A stretch of DNA of 64,000 nt from Candidatus Dojkabacteria bacterium (GTDB lineage Bacteria; Patescibacteriota; Dojkabacteria; B142; JAFGFJ01). The position numbers were made by a program, and so were the translations under genes. Of the stretch, positions 10,827 through 20,960 are shown in pieces; position 1 is the stretch's first letter; each line of letters opens with the position of its first letter. The notes under the pieces are model-generated. The model saw only the letters and a program-made list of their open reading frames with translations. It ran no database searches and had not been told where the DNA came from. The stretch is taken from assembly GCA_016931155.1 (NCBI GenBank), contig JAFGFJ010000006.1, forward strand, positions 77,115 to 141,114, given 5' to 3'.

Positions 10827-11492
10827 TTACCCCTCTATTTTATACCCAATTCCATAAACTGTTTTAATTAATTTTTTCTTAAATCCGTCGTCAACTTTTT
10901 TTCTGAGATACCTTATATATACATCCACAATGTTGAGATATCTTTCACTATCCATTCCCCACACTTTTTCAAAAAGAGAATCTCTGCCTACGGTAGTATT
11001 TCTGTTTTTTACAAGACAAAAAAGCAATCCAAACTCCTTTCCTGATAGTTTTACCTTTTGTTTTGCCCTTCTTACTTCTCTTTTACATATGTCCAAAATA
11101 AGGTTATCTATGCGAATAGTTTCAATGTAAAAAGCTGGTGGTCTTCTTAGAAGTGAATCAATATGGGCTTTGAGTTCTCCAGAATCTATACCTATGTCGA
11201 CAACTTCATCAGCACCCAGATTTAATATTTCAATTTTTTCTTTTCTATTTTGTTTTTCAAGAATGGCGAGAACTGGTTGTCCGACACCATCCTTGCGAAG
11301 CCTGCGGCATACAAGAACTTTGTCTCCGTTTAGTGAGGAGTCAAGAATAATGAGATCAAAATTACAGTATTTAACAAGAGATATCTGCTCCTTGGAAATT
11401 TTTCTAAGCTCATATTGCTCAGATGGGATCAAGTTAATTATTTTGCTGGGTTGAGGCGCAGGTGAGTCCTGAATAACTAAGATTTTGTTCAT
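10827..11492 (-). CDS. OmpR/PhoB-family response regulator with atypical receiver domain
   Basis: Winged-helix output NIVDVYIRYLRKK...IKTVYGIGY; receiver motifs degenerate. Confidence 0.88.
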   Translation of the reverse strand: MNKILVIQDSPAPQPSKIINLIPSEQYELRKISKEQISLVKYCNFDLIILDSSLNGDKVLVCRRLRKDGVGQPVLAILEKQNRKEKIEILNLGADEVVDIGIDSGELKAHIDSLLRRPPAFYIETIRIDNLILDICKREVRRAKQKVKLSGKEFGLLFCLVKNRNTTVGRDSLFEKVWGMDSERYLNIVDVYIRYLRKKVDDGFKKKLIKTVYGIGYKIEG

Positions 11493-11509
11493 GGGGGGTT
11501 AAATAAAAA

Positions 11510-12898
11510 TTAAACGTCAATAGGGGGAGAATCTGGCGGGGCGGTAGTATTTGATGCTGGTGGGAGTGGATCATATAACTTTTCGTCTTTCCTTTCTGGT
11601 GCTTCCACCGACGCAATACTGGAAGTAATAGTTGATTTTTCTGCAATTTGAATCTGAGACTCATTATTGGCGGGTGTTTTCTGGTTTTGGAAATCGGTAT
11701 TATCTATATCTACTTGCTCAAAAACTTTTTTCCCTTCAGGAAGTATTGTTGCCTTTTCTCTTTCTGTTGAGAAATTTTCAGAAACTTTTGCTGATTCACT
11801 TCTTCTTAAGCCGGAATTATCTATTCCTCTTATTTCATTAATAAGCTGAATCTTTGCGTTTTCAATAGTATTTGGGATAGTAAAAATTGCTTGTTGTGAA
11901 GAACCTGTTGACCCGAATGCAGCAGCAATTCTGGAAGCTTTTATTCCTTTTTGATTTGATCTGAGGTCACAATGCACTTTCCTTTCTTCTATTTCAATTA
12001 GAACAAAAGCCAGTTTTGTATTTTCCAGATAAGAAATCAGGTTAATTTGAGGAAATGTTATTTCGCTCGTTTTTAAGCTATTAAGCATGTTCTTTCTAAT
12101 TAGTGACCAGGCGATCCCATCGGGAGATACTTCTACATTTCTCAAAATTTCTGCCAGCAATCTTATTTGTACCAGGTTTAGTGTTTGATAAACCTGCTTC
12201 AATGCAATAGATACATCACCGTTTAGGTTTATTAGATCTGTACATACCTGAAAAGTTGAGGATTTATTAAAACCTATTTGAAAGCTCTTTGTTTTCCAGA
12301 AAATACCAGAAAGCAGGTCGGTTGCTTCTTTTCCTCCGACCTCTATCCCCTCTTCCAGCAAAAAATTGAAAGCGATCTCTGAAACTGATGAAGCCTCAGG
12401 TTTTACATATGTGTTATTGCCATAGTTTGCGTTATGGGAAGACGTGTCAATATTTATTAACGGTACGGACTCAAACAAATCTATATTCCCGGCGTAGATC
12501 TCTTCAAGGTCTTCAAGCTTTTCTATGCCAATCAAAATAATTTTCTCGTAGTTGGTTCCTCCTGATCTGACACTTGCTTTTCGATCTAATCTCCCGTTTT
12601 CTGCCGATAAATATAGATTAATTTCGCCATCTTTTTCTTCCCATTTAATATCCTTTACTTTTGCGTCAATGCTTTTTAGTTTGACCACAAAGCCTTGAGG
12701 TTCCACCTCTGTTGTAAACCTTATGTCCTTAAACGGGAATATTTTTTCAAGGTGAGTCGGAATATTTTTCTTATTAAAAAGCACTTCAACTCTTGTTTTT
12801 CCCTTTGCGGAAATTGTTCTCGAAATGCTGAATACAGCGGCGAGAACGTCCGGATCAAGGTTTTGGGTTGGAATTATTAGTACTTTTTTCTCAAGCAT
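11510..12898 (-). CDS. DHH/DHHA1-family phosphoesterase-like protein (degenerate)
   Basis: LDPDVLAA, LINIDTSS in place of IDHH, ASSVSEI, DHHA1-like LRS...AAAFGSTGS; low-complexity C-terminal tail. Confidence 0.7.
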   Translation of the reverse strand: MLEKKVLIIPTQNLDPDVLAAVFSISRTISAKGKTRVEVLFNKKNIPTHLEKIFPFKDIRFTTEVEPQGFVVKLKSIDAKVKDIKWEEKDGEINLYLSAENGRLDRKASVRSGGTNYEKIILIGIEKLEDLEEIYAGNIDLFESVPLINIDTSSHNANYGNNTYVKPEASSVSEIAFNFLLEEGIEVGGKEATDLLSGIFWKTKSFQIGFNKSSTFQVCTDLINLNGDVSIALKQVYQTLNLVQIRLLAEILRNVEVSPDGIAWSLIRKNMLNSLKTSEITFPQINLISYLENTKLAFVLIEIEERKVHCDLRSNQKGIKASRIAAAFGSTGSSQQAIFTIPNTIENAKIQLINEIRGIDNSGLRRSESAKVSENFSTEREKATILPEGKKVFEQVDIDNTDFQNQKTPANNESQIQIAEKSTITSSIASVEAPERKDEKLYDPLPPASNTTAPPDSPPIDV

Positions 12899-13100
12899 TT
12901 ATGGGTAAAAGAAATATATGAATGCAAAGGCATAAAAAAGCCCCGGATGGGACAGTAACTGGATTCTAGCAGAAAGGATATTGTAAATACAATGTTTTTG
13001 AAAACAAGAAAGAAAAGCATAATCTTGTGTAGACTATGGGTTATGTATTTGTTATAATCTTCTCATTCCTCTGCCTGCGCTTTTCCAGAAACTTATATTA

Positions 13101-13763
13101 ATGTCAGAAATGAGAAAACTTAATATTTCGCTTATATCTTTTGTCGTTGCCCTTTCCCTGATTGCAGTGCAGGTAGGCTATGGTATTGCGAAGGAAGGTT
13201 TGCAGGAAAGGGTTCTCGCTACAAGCGTACAGGATAGATCTTTGGATGAATCAGTATTAGATGAAGGTAAAGTTGCTGCCCAGTCCGGCAGAGTAACATT
13301 GATCCCAGAGGAAAATGGTGAAGTAAGAGAACTAACAAGCAAAGATTTTATTATTGAAATTTCGAAAATTGGACTCAGGAAAGAAGTTGAACCAAATGTC
13401 GATCCTAGAGACAAAAGTATTTACGGTCCGGTAATTGAACAGAAAGTCGCGCATGGAATGTTTACAAAGTTTCCGGATCAGACTGTAAATGAAAAGTCAG
13501 GCAATGTATATCTCTATGCACATAGGGATGGAGAAAGCGGTTTTTTTGGAGGACTTGGAGAATTGGAGAATGGAGATGTAATCAACCTGTATTTTCTTGG
13601 GAAGAATTATGTTTACAAGGTAAGTACATCTTTTATTGTCAGTCCTAGTGCCGCACACATTTATACCGGACAATCTCCTGCGCCCGCTCTTACACTTCAG
13701 ACATGCCACAATGGAATTCAAGAGAGGCTTATTGTGAAAGCGGATTTGGTGGAGGTAATCTAG
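13101..13763 (+). CDS. Sortase
   Basis: N-terminal TM; GNVYLYAHR (His), LTLQTC (Cys), ERLIV (Arg). Confidence 0.88.
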   Translation: MSEMRKLNISLISFVVALSLIAVQVGYGIAKEGLQERVLATSVQDRSLDESVLDEGKVAAQSGRVTLIPEENGEVRELTSKDFIIEISKIGLRKEVEPNVDPRDKSIYGPVIEQKVAHGMFTKFPDQTVNEKSGNVYLYAHRDGESGFFGGLGELENGDVINLYFLGKNYVYKVSTSFIVSPSAAHIYTGQSPAPALTLQTCHNGIQERLIVKADLVEVI

Positions 13764-13832
13764 TGAGTATCACTTATTAAAGCAAGCAACTCTTTGTGAT
13801 ATTATCCATGGAATAACTATTAATTCAATTTC

Positions 13833-15089
13833 ATGAAATTTGACATCAAAAACACTAAACTTGCCCCGGAAGGAAAGAGAAGAATCGAGTGGGCTGAAAA
13901 GGACATGCCTGTTCTTCGCTCAATTAAAGAGAGATTTCAAAAAGAAAAGCCCTTAAGAGGACTCACTATTGGAACGTGTCTTCATGTGACAACAGAGACG
14001 GCCAATCTTCTTATTACTCTAAAAGCAGGAGGAGCTTCTGCCTCAATTTGTGCATCAAATCCTCTGTCAACTCAGGATGATGTTGCTGCTTCTCTTGTAA
14101 AGGATTTTGGTATCGCTGTTTTTGCAATTAAGGGTGAAGATAACAAAATATATTACAAACATATTAATGCAGTGCTTGATATGAAACTTCACTACACAAT
14201 GGATGACGGAGCTGATCTGGTTTCTGTAATTCATACAAAGAGAAAAGATTTGATAAAAAATATTATTGCGGGGGGCGAGGAAACGACTACAGGTGTTATA
14301 AGATTAAAGGCTTTGGAAAAAGAGAAAAGACTCCTCTACCCTATTCTTGCCGCAAATGAAGCAATGACAAAACACTTTTTTGACAACCGTTATGGTACCG
14401 GTCAGTCAACATTAGATGGAATAGTGCGGGCAACGAACAGACTGCTTGCAGGTTCGAATTTTGTTGTTGCAGGATACGGATGGTGCGGAAGAGGGCTTGC
14501 AACGAGAGCGAGAGGAATGGGTGCGAAGGTAATTGTTACCGAGGTGGATCCGGTAAAGGCACTTGAAGCTGTAATGGATGGTTTTGATGTCAAACCTATG
14601 CGGGAAGCGGCAAAGATTGCTGATTTTATATGTACTGTAACCGGGGATATTAATGTTGTTGATGTGGAAGATTTTAGGGTTATCAAAGACAGCTGTATTA
14701 TCTCGAATTCAGGACATTTTGATGTCGAAATCAACTTGAATGCTCTTCAAAAGCTTTCAAAATCAAAAAGAATAGTAAGAAATTTTGTAGAAGAATATAC
14801 AATGAAGAGCGGTAGAAAGATCTTTGTTCTTGCCGAAGGAAGATTGATAAATCTTGCTTCAGCAGAAGGACATCCGGCGTCTGTTATGGACATGAGTTTC
14901 GCAAATCAAGCACTGGGTGCTGAGTATATGATAAAAAATAGAAATAAGCTGGAGAAAAGAGTTTATGTTATCCCTGAAGTTATTGACAGAAATATCGCGG
15001 AGCTAAAACTCAAGGCATTTGGAATAAAAATTGACAAACTTACTGCTGAACAGAGGAAATATTTATCAAGCTGGGAGATTGGAACATAG
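13833..15089 (+). CDS. ahcY: Adenosylhomocysteinase
   Basis: [58 protein letters not shown]. Confidence 0.97.
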   Translation: MKFDIKNTKLAPEGKRRIEWAEKDMPVLRSIKERFQKEKPLRGLTIGTCLHVTTETANLLITLKAGGASASICASNPLSTQDDVAASLVKDFGIAVFAIKGEDNKIYYKHINAVLDMKLHYTMDDGADLVSVIHTKRKDLIKNIIAGGEETTTGVIRLKALEKEKRLLYPILAANEAMTKHFFDNRYGTGQSTLDGIVRATNRLLAGSNFVVAGYGWCGRGLATRARGMGAKVIVTEVDPVKALEAVMDGFDVKPMREAAKIADFICTVTGDINVVDVEDFRVIKDSCIISNSGHFDVEINLNALQKLSKSKRIVRNFVEEYTMKSGRKIFVLAEGRLINLASAEGHPASVMDMSFANQALGAEYMIKNRNKLEKRVYVIPEVIDRNIAELKLKAFGIKIDKLTAEQRKYLSSWEIGT

Positions 15090-15181
15090 TATGAAATTAT
15101 TTGCATAATGGTCAGAATGCAGTCTATTTAGGATCAGACCAGGAACTATTACTGGTGAATGGAGATGTGGAATATGAAAGC

Positions 15182-16189
15182 TTATTTCTTGCGGCTTTCT
15201 ACCCTGTTTAAAAAACCCAGCGAGTCTAATCTGTCCTGGAATTCATCTTCTGTAAATGAGTAAGTCTGCCCTGAGTAGCATTCAACGCAAAATGAGCCTA
15301 TTACAGCGCCATATTTAGCTGCCTGTTCTATCTGCTCACCTTTTAATATTCCATGGATTAATCCAGCCCTATAAGCATCTCCTGCTCCTGTTGTTTCTAT
15401 TACTTTTTTCGGCTTTGCCGCCTGGATAAACACATTTTCGTCTTTTGTGTGTATTATAGAGCCTTCTTCACCTTTTGTTTCTATTACCATGTCAGGCCCG
15501 GAATTTAGTACTGCTGGAATATCCAGTCCAAAATTATTCCTAAGTGAGGCGATTTCAATATCGTTTGAAATTACCATGTTGCTGAGTCCCAGGCATTGGG
15601 TCATTTGCTCTTTTGTAAAAAGATTTAGAATCCGGCTTGGATCAAAAATCGAAATTGCATCTTTTCTTTTCTTTTTGTTGAATTCAAGCAAATGATTAAG
15701 CGTGCTTGCTGGAGTCCCGGGCGAAAAGATAGCAACTTTGATAGAGTCAAAATCTTTTTCTGTAATAGTTGTATCAAGTCCTACTTCGTTTATCAGGTCG
15801 TAATAAACATTTGGCTGCCAGATTACTATCTGCTGATGTTTTTTATCGGATATTTGGTATGCGTGTGCAGTGAAGCTCCCTTTTTCTCCCCTGATTACTC
15901 TTGGCTCAACGTTGTGTTTTTTCAAGCGCTCTTCAAAGTTGGGGTAAAAATCATCTCCAACAACAGAAAATAGGAAAGTCGAATTATTGAGAAGTCCCAT
16001 CCCGTAAGCAATGTTTGCTGCTGTACCACCATAGTATTGTGTTCTTCCGTTTGCAATTAGCGTGATATTAATACTTCTAAGTGCACTGCCGCTTAGGGGA
16101 AACTCATCACGCATATTTCCTTCCACTGAAAATATTATGTCAAAAGCAACTGAACCAACAATGAGAGCCCTATCTTTGTTTGTTTCCAT
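15182..16189 (-). CDS. PfkB-family kinase, probably adenosine/nucleoside kinase
   Basis: GSVAFD, GGTAANIAYG, ETTGAGDAYRAG; adjacent to ahcY. Confidence 0.85.
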   Translation of the reverse strand: METNKDRALIVGSVAFDIIFSVEGNMRDEFPLSGSALRSINITLIANGRTQYYGGTAANIAYGMGLLNNSTFLFSVVGDDFYPNFEERLKKHNVEPRVIRGEKGSFTAHAYQISDKKHQQIVIWQPNVYYDLINEVGLDTTITEKDFDSIKVAIFSPGTPASTLNHLLEFNKKKRKDAISIFDPSRILNLFTKEQMTQCLGLSNMVISNDIEIASLRNNFGLDIPAVLNSGPDMVIETKGEEGSIIHTKDENVFIQAAKPKKVIETTGAGDAYRAGLIHGILKGEQIEQAAKYGAVIGSFCVECYSGQTYSFTEDEFQDRLDSLGFLNRVESRKK

Positions 16190-16272
16190 AAGTAATACCT
16201 TTATTGAACCATCAAAGCTGATTGTATCCCAATTTTAATATTTTTTTAATCTTTCTCTGCTAAAACTCTTTC

Positions 16273-17799
16273 ATGATTGGAAAAGTATATGCGGCAACCC
16301 TTATTGGTCTTGAAGGTCAAATTGTAGAAGTTGAGGTGGATATTAGAAGAGGGCTCCAGAAGTTTGAAATCGTTGGGCTTCCCGGAAAAGCTGTCAGAGA
16401 GGCCAAAGAAAGGGTAATTTCAGCTATAAAAAATTCGGGATTTGTCTTTCCATCTGCTCACATAGCGGTAAATCTTGCTCCAGCAAATATCCCGAAAAAT
16501 TCCTCAGCTTTTGATCTGCCTATTGCTGTCGCAATACTTATTGCGACAAGACAAATTGCTCCATTAAGTTCTGATTCTATTGTGGTGGGAGAGCTTTCTC
16601 TTGAGGGATTTGTCAGACATGTTCCAGGAATTCTTCCGATTGTCGATTCAGTAAGAAAATTTGGCTTTAAAAAAATCTTCCTCCCTCATTCAAATTTTGC
16701 TGAAGCTGGAGTGATAAAAAACGTACAAATTTTTAGTATCAAAAGTGTCTTGTATTTCAGCGCAAAGCACTGTAAAACCTTACGTAGTAAGAGATTACGG
16801 ACATCAAATTGTTCTCAAAACTTGTACATTTCTCATGAAATGAAAAATAACTTTTCTGAAGTTAGTGGACAGAGACTTACAAAAAGAGCATTGGAAATTG
16901 CGGCGGCAGGAGGTCATAATTTATTGATGGTCGGATCCCCGGGAGCAGGAAAAACTATGCTGGCGAAAAGAGTGCCGTCAATTCTTCCTGTTATGACAAG
17001 CGAAGAAAGTATAGAAGTAACAAAGATTTACAGTGTGTCCAATTTACTGCCGAAAGGGGTGGATCTTATCAGAAATAGACCGTTTAGAAATCCGCATTAT
17101 GAAATTTCTCATTCTGCTCTTGTCGGTGGCGGAATCAATCCAAAACCTGGGGAAATATCACTTTCACATAGAGGAGTACTTTTTTTAGATGAGTTTGCTC
17201 AGTTTAGTAGTCAGACATTGGAGCTACTAAGGCAACCCATGGAAGAAAAAATTATTACCGTATCAAGAGTTCTTGGAAGTGTTACTTACCCGGCCAATTT
17301 TATGCTCATTGCTGCCATGAATCCATGTAAATGCGGATTTCGTGGTGATCCGGACAAAGAGTGTAAATGCAGTGCAATGGAAATTGAAAAATATTCGAGA
17401 AAACTCAGTGGACCAATTCTGGATAGAATTGACCTTCAGATTTATGTTCCAAAAGTAAGTTTCAGGAGTCTTTCATCAAAGCAAGAAGAAGAAACGAGTG
17501 AGCAGATTGCAGAAAGAGTGCAAAATGCCAGAGTGATTCAGACTGATAGACTAAAAATTTCAGGGAAAATATCTAATGCAGATATGGATCCTGCAGGTAT
17601 TAGAAAGTGGGTCAGGGTAGATCTTAAAACGAACTCACTTCTGGAATCGGCAATGACGAAGCTCAATCTATCAGCAAGGTCATATTTCAGGATTTTGAGG
17701 GTTTCCAGAACTATCGCTGATCTTTCTGGAAATCTGAATATAAAACAGGATCACGTTGCAGAAGCCTTAAGCTACAGGATGGGAGTAAATGGTCAGTAA
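16273..17799 (+). CDS. comM: YifB/ComM family Mg-chelatase-like AAA+ ATPase
   Basis: VNLAPA, GHNLLMVGSPGAGKTMLA, PGEISLSHRGVLFLDE, AAMNPCKCG, RTIADL. Confidence 0.93.
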   Translation: MIGKVYAATLIGLEGQIVEVEVDIRRGLQKFEIVGLPGKAVREAKERVISAIKNSGFVFPSAHIAVNLAPANIPKNSSAFDLPIAVAILIATRQIAPLSSDSIVVGELSLEGFVRHVPGILPIVDSVRKFGFKKIFLPHSNFAEAGVIKNVQIFSIKSVLYFSAKHCKTLRSKRLRTSNCSQNLYISHEMKNNFSEVSGQRLTKRALEIAAAGGHNLLMVGSPGAGKTMLAKRVPSILPVMTSEESIEVTKIYSVSNLLPKGVDLIRNRPFRNPHYEISHSALVGGGINPKPGEISLSHRGVLFLDEFAQFSSQTLELLRQPMEEKIITVSRVLGSVTYPANFMLIAAMNPCKCGFRGDPDKECKCSAMEIEKYSRKLSGPILDRIDLQIYVPKVSFRSLSSKQEEETSEQIAERVQNARVIQTDRLKISGKISNADMDPAGIRKWVRVDLKTNSLLESAMTKLNLSARSYFRILRVSRTIADLSGNLNIKQDHVAEALSYRMGVNGQ

Positions 17800-17967
17800 A
17801 TATTTGTGGCCGGCAGTCAAGGAATCGGGACGACAAAATGCGAAGTAAATGGAAGGGTATAAACTGAATATTTGTGGTTGTAGGGCAGAAACCAGGAACT
17901 GAGAGTCTACGAACTTCGTCCGCTGGTTTAAGGTCGGTTATACTAATAACTGAACAGGCTTGATGTT

Positions 17968-18537
17968 TTATAAAGCTGGCGGATAATCATTGTGGACTTT
18001 CATGTATTCATCCAGTTTCTTACTTGTCCATATGTTGTCAGGATTATTTATGTGGGAGAGAAACAAAGTACCATCTAGGTGGTCAATTTCATGCTGGACT
18101 ATGTGAGACATAAAATCCCTGCCGTGATATTCTTTCTCCTTCCCTTCTCTATTTGTGTATCTAATTTTGACCTCCCTTTTTCTTTTTACTGGACCAAAGA
18201 GTGCTTTTTGACCTACTCCTACACTCAGGCACCCTTCCCAGAATACTGATTCTTCTTCGCTAAGAAAAAGAACCCTAGGGTTGATAATTACTTCCCAAAT
18301 TACCTTTTTGTCATCTTCATTTTTTTGTAAGTCAAACCTTCTGGCAACGATAATGTTCAGATTCTCGCCGATCTGTGGGGCGGAAATACCTGCAGATTTT
18401 TCCACTTCTGAGTAGGCGGTTTCAATAAGATTATCAATTAAGCTTTGAATTTTCTTTTCCTCCAGTTTCTTGATATCCAGCTCTAATGATTTTTTCTCAA
18501 GGACAGGATCTCCTATTTGAAGTATTTTTTTTATCAT
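17968..18537 (-). CDS. def: Peptide deformylase
   Basis: GISAPQIG, EGCLS, QHEIDHLDG; likely start is the second Met (MIKKILQIGD) just after an extended -10. Confidence 0.94.
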   Translation of the reverse strand: MIKKILQIGDPVLEKKSLELDIKKLEEKKIQSLIDNLIETAYSEVEKSAGISAPQIGENLNIIVARRFDLQKNEDDKKVIWEVIINPRVLFLSEEESVFWEGCLSVGVGQKALFGPVKRKREVKIRYTNREGKEKEYHGRDFMSHIVQHEIDHLDGTLFLSHINNPDNIWTSKKLDEYMKVHNDYPPAL

Positions 18538-18882
18538 AGTGGATTTTAACATAATAACCCTGGAATATTTCCTGTTTTTTTGAGATTTAAAACACCTTAC
18601 ATATTCGTCACTGTATTAGTTTGGCAATACACTAATACTTTAAAGCGTATATAAAGGTCTTTTAGTTAGCTCTTTTGCAGCTAATATCTATGTGGCTTTG
18701 TTATATTATTTGAAAATCTTTTTTCAAAATAATTGTGGAAATCCTTGCTGGACAAACACTGCTTGACTTTCAGGGAATTTTTACTTAGGCTTTTATAGGT
18801 GAATTGCTTAATTCACTGTGATTTTAGCAATATTTCTCTACCCATAGTAAGGGTAAATCCAAACAAAAGGAGGTGAATTATT

Positions 18883-19155
18883 ATGAACAAAGGTACATTG
18901 ATCGACCACATCGCTGGTAAAACCGGTCTAACCAAGAAAGCTGTTTCTGATGTTCTGGAAGGCTTCATGGATGCTGTTATGTCTTCTGTAAAGAAGGGTG
19001 ACAGTGTAACTCTTACAGGCTTTGGAACTTACAAGGCAAGCAAGAGACAGGCTAGAACAGGTAGAAATCCTCAAACAGGAGCTACCATCAAGATCCCTGC
19101 AAGGACTGTTCCAGTCTTTAGAGCAGGAAAAGAATTCAAGTCAATGGTTGCATAA
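18883..19155 (+). CDS. hup: DNA-binding protein HU
   Basis: MNK...GFGTY...RTGRNPQTG...IPARTVPVFRAGK; strong SD aaggaggtg. Confidence 0.96.
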   Translation: MNKGTLIDHIAGKTGLTKKAVSDVLEGFMDAVMSSVKKGDSVTLTGFGTYKASKRQARTGRNPQTGATIKIPARTVPVFRAGKEFKSMVA

Positions 19156-19173
19156 GAGTGCAAGGAATTCTGT

Positions 19174-19222
19174 AAAATCCGCTCTCCGGAGTTTCGAAAG
19201 AAACAAAAGGGGCGGATTTTTA
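19174..19222 (+). terminator. Probable intrinsic terminator of hup
   Basis: aaaatccgctc ... gggcggattttt inverted repeat with T-tract. Confidence 0.6.
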
Positions 19223-19239
19223 TATAATAGAAACAATGA

Positions 19240-19381
19240 AATCATAATGATTATCAATTAGAAGGGGAGATGAGACATCTAAGATCGTTTTCAATGGATC
19301 AGGATTACAGGGTGATTTATTGGAAAAGAGATAATGATTTTTTTTATTGATGTAGGAACTCATGGGGAAGTTTACTATTAG
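19240..19381 (+). pseudogene. YafQ/RelE-family mRNA interferase toxin remnant
   Basis: Reads DYQLEGEMRHLRSFSMDQDYRVIY then, after a frameshift in T8 (19338-19345), FIDVGTHGEVYY*; N-terminus absent. Confidence 0.75.
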
Positions 19382-19387
19382 TCACAA

Positions 19388-19990
19388 TTAAACATTAAAA
19401 GTTTTTTCTAGTTCATTTTTACTAGTCCCTCCTTCCCTGTAAATTTTTATCTCATTCTTTGTCACCTCAGCTACTGTTGAAGCTTTTCCTGAAGACTCGT
19501 AATTTCCCGCAAGAATTCCCGCAATTTGTGCAAGTATTTCTGCGGGAATTTCTTCTAATTTTATAATACTTGGCTCTGCTGAAATATTGATAGATGTTGC
19601 TGCTAAGGGTTTTCCAAACTCTTCGATTAGTTTTTTTGTCGCATTATTTGCGGGAATTCTTGCTCCAATTTTTCCCGCAGAATTTTCAAGTATTTGCGGT
19701 AATTTGCCTTTTGAGTTTAAAACTAATGTAAGAGCACCCGGCCAGAATTTTTTAGCAAGCTTGAGTTCATCATGATTGATAGAAAGATATTCTTTTACCT
19801 GTTTAATAGAAGAAAAGAGAAGGGGAAGTGTTTTTGATTTGTCTCTTTTTTTTGTTTTATAGATTTTTTGAATCGCTCTTTGGTTTACAGCATCAATAGC
19901 AAGACCTGGAATAGTATCGGTCGGAACGACAATAATCTCTCCCTGTTCCAGACATTCAATAGCTTTTTCGAATTCAAGAAAGTTTTCCAT
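19388..19990 (-). CDS. tsaC: Threonylcarbamoyl-AMP synthase (TsaC/YrdC)
   Basis: VPTDTIPGL, KKRDKSKTLP, FWPGALTLV, PLAATSINIS, ASTV. Confidence 0.92.
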   Translation of the reverse strand: MENFLEFEKAIECLEQGEIIVVPTDTIPGLAIDAVNQRAIQKIYKTKKRDKSKTLPLLFSSIKQVKEYLSINHDELKLAKKFWPGALTLVLNSKGKLPQILENSAGKIGARIPANNATKKLIEEFGKPLAATSINISAEPSIIKLEEIPAEILAQIAGILAGNYESSGKASTVAEVTKNEIKIYREGGTSKNELEKTFNV

Positions 19991-20198
19991 GGGTGATTAT
20001 ATCATCGCAAAGGAGCTAATTTATCAACCTACAGGATGATCGAGTTGCCTGGTAATTTCTAACCCGAACCTGTCTAGTAGCAATAGTTACCAGAGTGTCA
20101 GTTACAAGGGTGTCTTTTTCTAATCACGCAAAACGATGACTATTTTCTCCAGTGATCATGCGAGAGTTAATCAAAAAAACAATTTTCGGTGAATATAT

Positions 20199-20906
20199 TT
20201 ATACTTCGCCAGCTAAGTATTTTTTACGCTCCCTTTCTGGAAATTTTTCTACTGCGTAGCGGAGCATTGCTCGTGGCATTTCTTTGTAATATTTCTTTAG
20301 AAAATTCTTCTCAGTTTTCAAGTCTCTTTTTCCCAGTTCTCTGAGCATCCAGCCGACAGCCTTATGAATTAGATCGTGTTTATCATGAAGCAAAATCCTG
20401 GAAATTTTTATCGTGTCTTCGAATTGATTGTTTTTAATGAAGTCATAAGTTGAAATAATTGCGATTCTTTTGTCCCACAGATTTTTTGAGACAGCGAGGC
20501 TATAAAGGATTGCACGGTCATTTCTTTCCGAAAGGTATTTGCCGATGATTTGAACAGAGCTGTCAACAAGATCCCAGTTATTGACCCTCTCTTTGTTTTT
20601 TAAATAAAAATTAAAAATTTTCTGTCTCTCTATTTCATCGGATTTTTCAAATTTATAAACCAGCATGAAGAGAGCTGTAAGTCTGTGCTCATGAAAATCA
20701 CTGCCAAGTAGCTCTTTGATGTTGGCAAGAGAAATTTCTTTATAATGATTTTTGGCAATTTTTCTCTGTTTTGGAACCGTTGCTCCAAGAAATTTATCCC
20801 CTTCACTGTACTGTCCTTTGTCCGTTTTGAAAAACCTCAAAAAGGATTTAGCTTTCTCCGGGTTTGAGATTTCTTTTAGTTCATTCTTAACAACTGCGGC
20901 TTTCAT
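20199..20906 (-). CDS. DNA alkylation repair protein (AlkD-like)
   Basis: VNNWDLVD, LWDKRIAII, DLIHKAVGWMLRE. Confidence 0.9.
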   Translation of the reverse strand: MKAAVVKNELKEISNPEKAKSFLRFFKTDKGQYSEGDKFLGATVPKQRKIAKNHYKEISLANIKELLGSDFHEHRLTALFMLVYKFEKSDEIERQKIFNFYLKNKERVNNWDLVDSSVQIIGKYLSERNDRAILYSLAVSKNLWDKRIAIISTYDFIKNNQFEDTIKISRILLHDKHDLIHKAVGWMLRELGKRDLKTEKNFLKKYYKEMPRAMLRYAVEKFPERERKKYLAGEV

Positions 20907-20960
20907 TTTTTTAAATCACTTCTTTTTTTGCGTGTTGCCAAGGTATCTTTGACGCTTATT

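Noticed and set aside
13764-13832. SAH riboswitch upstream of ahcY
   Set aside because: Intergenic region is short and AT-rich with no recognisable motif
17908-17921. tacgaacttcgtcc as another copy of the att-like repeat
   Set aside because: Only a 10-bp exact core (aacttcgtcc); the N7-GGAG half is missing
18600-18830. Several AT-rich inverted repeats upstream of hup as an ncRNA
   Set aside because: Weak AT-rich stems expected by chance; no known RNA motif
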